The translations under genes were made by a program, and so were the position numbers. The notes beneath the pieces were generated by a model. That model was not told where the DNA came from. It did not search any database and saw only the letters and a list, made by a program, of their open reading frames with translations. From the UHGV virus genome UHGV-0173119: a stretch of 48,190 nt of DNA. One strand, 5' to 3'. This document shows positions 37,506 through 48,190 of the stretch, piece after piece; positions within the stretch are counted from its first letter, which is position 1; each line of letters begins with the position of its first letter. This DNA is from a virus.

Positions 37506-38222
37506 ATGGCTATTTGTGCAAATGATAAGGGCGTTCTGGTTGGTCGCATGACCCGACTGTTCCTTGCTGAAGGGTGCGGCGACGCAGTTCCGGACGCGGA
37601 AGACTGGAAATATTTAGGCTCAACCACCAGTAAGGGTGTTGACTACTCGCCGCAGACCACTACGTCGGAAGCGGATACCGCTGGCGGCTTTGTTTCCACT
37701 CTCGTTACCAGCTCTGATATGACCATCAGTGCAGAGGTTGAAATCCGCAAGAATGACCCGAGCGATGAATTTGGCTTCCATCGTCTGGTTGAGATTTACG
37801 CCACTGAACTGGAAGCGCGTCGCCAGCCTTCCTTATGGGTGCGCGAGGTAACCGGTGCAACTATCGTTACCGCGTACTGCAACATCACCAGCATCAGCTA
37901 CGAAGGTGGCACGAACGACATCGTGACTGGTAGCCTTGAGTTCAAGGTTTACGATTCTGACAGCGTTACCGTCGAAAGCCTTGAACCTCTGGCATTCACT
38001 ACAGACCTGCAATCAACTGGCACTGCTGGCAGTCCGTTAACTGTTGCCGTTGAAGGTGGTGTTGCTCCTTACACCTACGTGTGGCGTAAAGATGGCGTGG
38101 TTGTCGGTGGTGAGTCTGGCGCCTCGCTGGCAAACCCTACAGCTGGTGTGTATACCGTCACAGTAACGGATTCATCTACCGACCCTGAAATCATCATCAG
38201 CACAGCGTGCACCGTATCCTGA
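37506..38222 (+). CDS. major tail protein (gpV-like N-domain plus C-terminal Ig-like domain)
   Basis: size, position, C-terminal Ig-like segment (TAGSPLTVAVEGGVAPYTYVWRKDGVVV...GVYTVTVTD). Confidence 0.8.
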   Translation: MAICANDKGVLVGRMTRLFLAEGCGDAVPDAEDWKYLGSTTSKGVDYSPQTTTSEADTAGGFVSTLVTSSDMTISAEVEIRKNDPSDEFGFHRLVEIYATELEARRQPSLWVREVTGATIVTAYCNITSISYEGGTNDIVTGSLEFKVYDSDSVTVESLEPLAFTTDLQSTGTAGSPLTVAVEGGVAPYTYVWRKDGVVVGGESGASLANPTAGVYTVTVTDSSTDPEIIISTACTVS

Positions 38223-38227
38223 TAAAG

Positions 38228-38256
38228 AAAAAGCCCCGAAAGGGGCTTTGTTTTAT
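38228..38256. terminator. bidirectional terminator AAGCCCC-gaaa-GGGGCTT + TGTTTTA
   Basis: read directly. Confidence 0.85.
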
Positions 38257-38453
38257 TCTTCTGGTGGCTCTGGTGATTTAGCCCAATGGGTGGCTGGAAT
38301 ACCGTGACATCGGTCTAATTCGCTAACAAATATCTTGCTTCCAATTCCATCTACTGTTTTGCATATTGCTGTTCTAACAACACCACGAAACGCCGTGAGA
38401 ACCATTGAGCCTTCTTCAGGCATTATCTCACTACACTTAATCCATTGGCTCAT
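38253..38453 (-). CDS. DUF551-like small protein
   Basis: MSQWIKCSEIMPEEGSMVLTAF pattern (W-I-x-x-x-x-x-P-E ... V-L) typical of DUF551. Confidence 0.45.
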   Translation of the reverse strand: MSQWIKCSEIMPEEGSMVLTAFRGVVRTAICKTVDGIGSKIFVSELDRCHGIPATHWAKSPEPPEE

Positions 38454-38833
38454 AATTTATCCTCATTCATTTTCAGGAAGACGATCATGGCGGCGCGGAG
38501 TGGGTTTTCATGCTGGCAAATAAACACATCATCACCACGGAACATCATTACTGCACTATTTGTTGCCAACGGACAATCTTGTCCATTGTTTTGAATTACG
38601 TCAATTTCATTCTTAACAATGATAGGCCATGCGTCATCTGGGTTGTTGCAGTAGTCATGCAGTCCGTTCTTCGTGTAGCCAGCAATACCTGTCTCCCACT
38701 CCCCGCCACGAACTTTGTCTTTCCATGTTATTTTTCCTTCTCCGTGAAATGTTAATTCATATGGCTTATCTAGCAACGCATTGTGAACGGCGCTGTTAAT
38801 CTCAAAGTCACTCATATCTTCATAATTTTTCAT
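38450..38833 (-). CDS. hypothetical protein (127 aa; NinX/DUF2591-like N-terminus MKNYEDMSDFEINSAV)
   Basis: ORF, ATGA coupling. Confidence 0.45.
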   Translation of the reverse strand: MKNYEDMSDFEINSAVHNALLDKPYELTFHGEGKITWKDKVRGGEWETGIAGYTKNGLHDYCNNPDDAWPIIVKNEIDVIQNNGQDCPLATNSAVMMFRGDDVFICQHENPLRAAMIVFLKMNEDKL

Positions 38834-38973
38834 ATCACCTTATCCTCATCAAAAATCACGCCAATCACACGAAGCAAGTCTTTCGCCATGCGTTCCGCTT
38901 CTTCGTAGTCATAACCTGCATCAACATACAGTTCAGTATAGAAAATCAGGTCAGCTTTTGTTTGTTCGTTCAT
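38830..38973 (-). CDS. hypothetical acidic protein (47 aa)
   Basis: ATGA coupling; not in track. Confidence 0.35.
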   Translation of the reverse strand: MNEQTKADLIFYTELYVDAGYDYEEAERMAKDLLRVIGVIFDEDKVI

Positions 38974-38982
38974 TGGTAAGCC

Positions 38983-39276
38983 TTACATGCCATTCTTTTC
39001 GCACAAAGCAACAGCCACATCACGCAATTGCTCTTTGGTCATATCCTCGCGTGCATAAACCATTTCTACGATAGCAAGGCCGATTATTTCTGCCGATTCG
39101 TTGTTTTTTGCGGAACCTTTAACCACCACCTCGGCAAGATTCTTGCTGATACCGTTATCGCGAACATCGGCAGTATTCATGGCAATTTCTCCGATGTTTT
39201 TGCACACCTCGGAAGTTGCTACAGCAGAGAAAGAAGAAACCAATAATGCAGACGCAATCAACACTTTAATTTTCAT
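38983..39276 (-). CDS. secreted/periplasmic small protein with signal peptide (MKIKVLIASALLVSSFSAVATS)
   Basis: SD GAGGTGAG; signal peptide; first gene of minus-strand moron cassette. Confidence 0.55.
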   Translation of the reverse strand: MKIKVLIASALLVSSFSAVATSEVCKNIGEIAMNTADVRDNGISKNLAEVVVKGSAKNNESAEIIGLAIVEMVYAREDMTKEQLRDVAVALCEKNGM

Positions 39277-39311
39277 AACTCACCTCATTCATATCTCGTT
39301 TCGATGAATTG

Positions 39312-39360
39312 AATCTACATCACCACCTAGCAGGTGTCAACACCACTGAGATGATATAAT
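39312..39360 (+). promoter_or_regulatory. promoter: AATCTACATCA ... TGTCAACACC ... extended -10 TGaTATAAT; rc motif TGATGTAGATT also fronts the minus-strand cassette
   Basis: read directly. Confidence 0.5.
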
Positions 39361-39380
39361 CAACATCAGTCAAATTCAGG

Positions 39381-40097
39381 ATGCAAAACATGAGCAATCG
39401 CACGCCACTAACAGAAATCGGAGAAATGCGCATCTCGCTTTCTGACAGGAGTTTTTTCTTTAAGCCATCATTCCGTGCCATGAATGAAATCGGCACACCA
39501 AAAGAAATCGTCGAGGTATACGCTAAACTCAATGGCATTGATTATGTTGCGCCATTGCAGCACGTAGAATACCTGCCATTTGGTGCGCAGATGCAGGTCA
39601 TGAAGACTATCAGTAAGCCCGTGTATGGTCGCCACGTGCTGAGCGCGGCCTATATCGTTATGCAGTCATGCTGTGAGGATGATATTTCTGTGCTGATTGG
39701 TGGATGGAAACCAACACCGCGTGGTGTGCGATATGTTCCAGGCATCATGCCAGTGAGCGACATTATTATTATTGCGCGCAACCTGATGCAGCACGGCATC
39801 ATCGGCAAGTCACCACTCAAAGTGCCTGAGCGTCTGGAAGAGCAAGGCAAGAAAACAACAAACGAGTTTCATGCGTCACAATACATCATCTCAGCACGCA
39901 CGCATTTCGACATGACGCGCGATGAGGCAGAAAACCTGTCTATGACAGAGTTTCAGATGATGATTAAGAATAAATACCCAGAGCCGAAAGGGTTAACGAA
40001 AGAAGAGCGCGCGGCAGAGTACGATCAGGCTAAAGCAGACCGCGAGCGCATGAAGGCACTGGCTGAACGCAAATCGAAAAAAGCGAGGAATACATAA
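39381..40097 (+). CDS. tail assembly chaperone
   Basis: position immediately upstream of tape measure; likely start at ATG 39390. Confidence 0.55.
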   Translation: MQNMSNRTPLTEIGEMRISLSDRSFFFKPSFRAMNEIGTPKEIVEVYAKLNGIDYVAPLQHVEYLPFGAQMQVMKTISKPVYGRHVLSAAYIVMQSCCEDDISVLIGGWKPTPRGVRYVPGIMPVSDIIIIARNLMQHGIIGKSPLKVPERLEEQGKKTTNEFHASQYIISARTHFDMTRDEAENLSMTEFQMMIKNKYPEPKGLTKEERAAEYDQAKADRERMKALAERKSKKARNT

Positions 40098-42546
40098 TGG
40101 CTGAAGAAGTCGGCGGAATTGTCTATGAAGTCGGGATGGATGTATCCGGGCTGACGACTGGCGGGCAAAAGGTAAACAAGGTTCTTCAGGAGATTGAGAA
40201 GTCAATTGATGAGTCAATTGCCGGGATAAATAAACTTGACACAGGGCTAAAAAACACCGCATCGACAGTTGAGAAATCTGGCAGGAGTTTCTCCAGTTTA
40301 AATAACGCCATGCGGCAGGGTGGCTACCAGATTCAGGACTTTGTAGTTCAGGTGCAGAGTGGACAATCAGCACTTGTTGCTTTAAGTCAACAAGGTAGCC
40401 AGTTATTAAGCGTCTTTGGTTCTGGTGGCGCGGTTGCCGGTGCATTGCTAACCATCGGTACGGTAATCGTTGGCTCGTTAATCGCTGGCATGGATAACGC
40501 AACCGTTTCCACAAAGGCGCTCACCGCCGCACAGCAGAGACTTGCTGACATATTCCAGCTTTCTGCTAATGGGGTTGTCGTTCTCTCTGACAAGTTTGCA
40601 ACACTGGCTAAACAGTCAGAAAACGCCGCCAGAGCACAGTTAACAATGGCTCTGATTGATGCAAACAACATCATCAAGGCTTCAGTGCAGGGCGTCAATG
40701 AGCTTGGCGACGCACTTGGCTCGTGGAAAGCACCACTATCCGCCGCCATAAGTCAACTTGACACGCTGAAAGCAAGAGGTATCGATGTAAACGCAGCGCT
40801 AAAGAACCTTGGCGGGACATATGAGGGTAATATTCTCGGACTAAACCAGCTCAATCAGGTGGTAAAAAGTCTGGCTGATGAGTTTGGTATAAGCGCAGAT
40901 GACGCCCTGAAACTGGTTGAAGCTCTGGCAGCCGTAAGAAAAAATGCCAATCCTGAAACAATAGCGGAGTTGCGCGACCTAACTGTTGACCTTAGTCAGA
41001 AATATGGATATGCAAACAAGTCACTATCTGAGCTTACTGGCAAGGTTGGCGAGTATTCAATTTCGGCAGATCAGGCAGCAGAATCTACAAAGCTGGCTAC
41101 CGATATGCTGAACGGACACAAAGTAGCTTCAGAAGAGGATGCGAGAGCAACTGAAGAAAACACGAAAAGGCTTCAGGCTTACATCCAGTCGATCAAGGAA
41201 GAAGGTGAAACTATCGCCTTTACAGCAAGACAAAAGGCACTGTACAGAGCCGAACAGCTTGGAGCAAGTGATGCAGACAAGAAAACAATCAACTCGTCAT
41301 TCGACAAGATAGAGGCATACAAGGCTGAGCTTGCTGCAAAAAAAGAGCAGGAAAAGCAAGACAAAAAACGCATAGCTGCGTCAACAAAGCAAGCCAACAT
41401 TGAAGAGTCGGTAGCACAAAAGCTGGAAAAATTACGCCAGCAAACCATGCTCAATGCCACATCTACCAGCGAACTATCCCGCGAGCAAGCCATCCTCAAC
41501 GCGCAGCAATCTCTTGGCAAGGCTGCCACTCAGGAGCAAATAAAACTGGCTGGCGAGTACGCTGCGAAGATTTGGGACCAGAAGAACGCACTAAAAGAAC
41601 AGGCGGCGGCGGAAAAGAGAAGAATAGATGCCGTAAAAGGATACAGCGCACTGAAATCGCAAACCTCACCAATGTTTGCTGTAGAAACATCCTATCAGAA
41701 GGATATGGCTGATTTGGATGCCTATGCCAAAGCGTACCCGCAAAAGATGGCAGAGATACAGCAAACCAGAGCTGCAATTGAAGAGCAGTACAGACAGCAA
41801 AGAATTGAAGCCATGTGGCAGGAGTGGAGTCAGCAAAACGCAGCCACACAAGCGGCGGCGGCAGCGTTTGATGCTTTCGGGCAGACGGCCGGCAATGCTT
41901 TAACTGGCATTCTTACAGGTTCAATGTCTGTATCAGATGCACTCCGTTCTATTGGGTCGAACATCCTATCCAGCGTTATCAATGCTTTCGTTCAAATGGG
42001 TATCCAGTGGGCGCAGTCAGTGATAATGGGGCAAGCAGGTATGGCTGCGGCTTCTGCTGCGACAATGGCTCAAGCTGCGGCAATATCAGCAGCAATGGCT
42101 CCAGCGGCAGCAATGACATCCCTTGCCACAGCTGGCACAAACTCAGCCCCTGCTATGGCTGGAATATCTGCAACAGTTGGTTTGGCTAAGACACTATCCA
42201 TTGCTGGCGCACTGAAAAATGGCGGGCCAGCGCAGGAAGGCTCAATGTACAGGGTGGGCGAGAATAACCTCCCTGAGATATTCCAGGCGTCAAACGGTCA
42301 TCAGTACATGATACCGGGCGATAGTGGTCGTGTTATCAGCAACAAGGATATTACCGGAAGTGGCAGTGGCGTTGTGGTTTATAATAACGTGATAAATAAC
42401 AGCTCAGCGCAGGTTAGCAGCAGCGCCAGAGATAATGGTGATGGCAGCGTGACAATTGAGACGATTGTGAGTGATATTTCGGAAAATGGCCCAATAGGGC
42501 AAGCCATCTCAAGAAACTACAATACCAACAGGAGAGCAACCGAATA

Positions 42547-42547
<1 letters not shown>
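40097..42547 (+). CDS. tail tape measure protein
   Basis: 816 aa, Ala/Gln-rich coiled-coil, C-terminal Gly/Ala-rich hydrophobic stretch. Confidence 0.9.
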
Positions 42548-46351
<3,804 letters not shown>

Positions 46352-46390
46352 TACAATATACATCAAATTCACAAAGGAGCATTTATTATA

Positions 46391-48190
46391 ATGGCTACCG
46401 TACCAACTAATAAACCAATTCAGTCAGAAGACCCGCGCGACCTGAAATTTAATGCCGGGAAAATTGACGAAGTTGTCAACTCTGACGCTCATTACTACAC
46501 CGATCGCTTTGGTCAGCGCCGCTTGACATCTTCTGGATTTCAGCACGCCGCAGAAGAATCTATCACTGAATTTAAGCACACCGCAGAAGAAGCTATCCGT
46601 AATTATGGCTACATCACAATGGACAGCTTCGAAGATGGCGCGACACTGACGTTGCCTAATCAGGTGCTGAGATATGAAGCCACTGGCGAATATTATCGTT
46701 GGGACGGCGATTTTCCTAAAACCGTGTCTTCTGGCTCAACTCCAGAAACTGCTGGTGGTGTTGGTTCAGGCGCATGGATAAGTGTTGGGGATGCTGCTAT
46801 ACGCAGCGACCTGGCAAAATCCACTGGAGCATCAATGGTTGGGACTGCCTACGGAAAGACCCTCAGCGAGATACTGGAATCCGATCCTGCGCCAATGTCC
46901 TTTGGGTATGCGACTGAGGCAGCCAAAAACAAGCTCTGCCGTCATGGCGCGAAGGTTGTGCTGGTCGGGGATAGCCTCAGCAGCTTCTATAATATTGACA
47001 CTGCCAACATCACGTCGATATTTGAGTCATATCTGCGCAGAAAAGTACAGGAAATTAACCCTACTGCGGTATTCTATAACCGTGCTATTGGTGGCAAGCG
47101 GTATTACGATCTTGGCAGGGATGAGCCAGCACTTAACTCTGATGAAGGCTATCCGTGGTATACGGATACATCGAAGCGCTGGATGTATTATATCGATGAT
47201 ATTAAGCCTGACGTGGTGATTCTGGCATTCGGGATGAATGACGGTGCCAGATGGCTTGCGGGTAACTTCCAACAGCCAAACTTTTATAAAATGATGGACG
47301 AACTGAGAACGATCAGCAGCGAGCCTGAGATTATTTTCTGCACAAACATCCTTCCATCGAAAGACAACCCTGCAACGTCAGATTTTGATCAGCAGTCAGG
47401 TCGCGACGCGATGGCTGGATGGACCCGCTCGTATGCAAAATTCATTGGGGCAAGCTTTATCGACCTGCACCGCCGGTTTAAAGGTATGCGCGATGGAGTG
47501 GATCCTTGTGCTTTCAGTTATGCCCGCAAAACAATATCCACTCTGGTAACTCTGCCATACACCTACACCGAGATGGTGCCGTGCTTTTCAGCCAGACTGG
47601 TGGTAACCGACCCAACGGTGCTAACTGCAGGTATTCAATTTGGATTGTCGCAAGCCCCAAATAATTTTGTCACATTGTCATACGATACATCGCTGTCTAA
47701 GTGGCGTACGCAAGTTTATACAGGTACCTCGGTCGGCCTGACTCTTAACGAACTTGCGGATGGCGCCGCGCCATCCGTGGGTATGGAAATATTATTCTCG
47801 TTGAACGGTGATTCTCTGACGATTTTCATTGGAGATAATACCACCCCGGTGTTCTCCGGTAACATCATACGCTTCGGTGGCCTTTTCACGCCTAAAATAA
47901 GTGGGACTGGGCAGATTAAGGTTGATTTGATTGCAGGAACTGAAATTCCTATGGCTCCTGTATTAACCGACCATGACGTCTATAACACTGAGGGCGATGG
48001 CGGCAATGGCCTAAACCACCCAACCGCGAAAGCCAGCTCAAGAATTTACACACCACCTTTAGATTACTGGTTTGGTAGCTCTGGAGGCAAAGAAAAAAGC
48101 TATGATATCGTTGCTGACTTTATCAGTGGTAAATTAAATGTTTCTAATCATCTGAGTCCTAAATCAGCAGATGTTTCAAACTTATTTGGG
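46391..48190 (+). CDS. tailspike protein, 3'-truncated by window end: endosialidase-type N-terminal domain plus SGNH/GDSL esterase domain
   Basis: EYYRWDGDFPKTVSSGSTPETAGGVGSGAWISVGDAAIRSDL matches the N-terminal domain of K1F endosialidase-type tailspikes; GDSLSS, GGKRY, FGMNDG, DLH blocks of SGNH hydrolases; SD AAAGGAG. Confidence 0.75.
   Translation, partial: MATVPTNKPIQSEDPRDLKFNAGKIDEVVNSDAHYYTDRFGQRRLTSSGFQHAAEESITEFKHTAEEAIRNYGYITMDSFEDGATLTLPNQVLRYEATGEYYRWDGDFPKTVSSGSTPETAGGVGSGAWISVGDAAIRSDLAKSTGASMVGTAYGKTLSEILESDPAPMSFGYATEAAKNKLCRHGAKVVLVGDSLSSFYNIDTANITSIFESYLRRKVQEINPTAVFYNRAIGGKRYYDLGRDEPALNSDEGYPWYTDTSKRWMYYIDDIKPDVVILAFGMNDGARWLAGNFQQPNFYKMMDELRTISSEPEIIFCTNILPSKDNPATSDFDQQSGRDAMAGWTRSYAKFIGASFIDLHRRFKGMRDGVDPCAFSYARKTISTLVTLPYTYTEMVPCFSARLVVTDPTVLTAGIQFGLSQAPNNFVTLSYDTSLSKWRTQVYTGTSVGLTLNELADGAAPSVGMEILFSLNGDSLTIFIGDNTTPVFSGNIIRFGGLFTPKISGTGQIKVDLIAGTEIPMAPVLTDHDVYNTEGDGGNGLNHPTAKASSRIYTPPLDYWFGSSGGKEKSYDIVADFISGKLNVSNHLSPKSADVSNLFG

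Noticed and set aside
40058-40097. G-AAA-AAA-G slippery heptamer near the chaperone stop whose -1 frame runs into the tape-measure ATG
   Set aside because: A shift would fuse the whole chaperone to the TMP, which is not the G/GT architecture. There is no separate T ORF, and the frame agreement has a 1-in-3 chance. Likely coincidence.
40387-41849. Antisense ORFs within the tape-measure gene
   Set aside because: Typical spurious reverse-frame ORFs in Ala/Gln-rich coding sequence.

Overview
This window is an almost gene-saturated stretch of a tailed dsDNA bacteriophage of enterobacterial type. It looks like a virulent siphovirus: no integrase or repressor is seen, a tape-measure protein is present, and the major tail protein resembles lambda gpV. 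Layout from left to right is as follows. Positions 1-534 hold the 3' end of a structural ORF. Positions 0.9-10.1 kb (minus strand) hold a recombination and replication module: SSB, a Sak4-like ATPase, a RecB-family PD-(D/E)XK exonuclease, a VRR-NUC nuclease, a DEXH helicase, a DUF3987-type P-loop protein and a plus-strand Zn-ribbon primase. This module is interrupted by two HNH/AP2 endonuclease genes and one AP2-only gene. Positions 10.09-10.55 kb form a highly structured AT-rich intergenic region with two copies of a 25-bp perfect palindrome and GGGTTA-type iterons, a candidate origin and divergent early promoter region. Positions 10.55-12.7 kb carry small early genes. These are followed by putative TerS and TerL and then a self-contained cassette of small genes with its own promoters and terminators. 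Next come the portal, a T5orf172/GIY-YIG-like gene with three tandem Zn-ribbon repeats, and a Mu-F-like head morphogenesis gene. After these sits a six-gene minus-strand operon of translationally coupled small genes. The lysis cassette follows, made of an internally deleted GH24 lysozyme remnant, a lambda-R-like endolysin, a holin candidate and Rz with embedded Rz1. Next is a second minus-strand cluster of small genes, then plus-strand small genes including a Lar-like Zn-finger protein. Scaffold/protease-like, decoration-like and major capsid genes follow. After these comes a minus-strand operon: acidic protein, ParB-like nuclease, C5 cytosine methyltransferase and a half-length DnaN (beta-clamp) homolog. 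The head-tail connector genes follow, then a 0.5-kb structured noncoding region, the major tail gene and a minus-strand moron cassette. The tail genes continue with a chaperone, the tape-measure protein, minor tail proteins, an NlpC/P60 gene and a tip fibre gene. A tailspike gene with an endosialidase-like N-terminus and an SGNH esterase domain runs off the right edge. Rho-independent terminators, mostly bidirectional, bound nearly every transcription unit. An ~11-bp element TTGACGTAGAT/ATCTACGTCAA recurs in promoter regions. No tRNA, CRISPR array or reverse transcriptase was seen.
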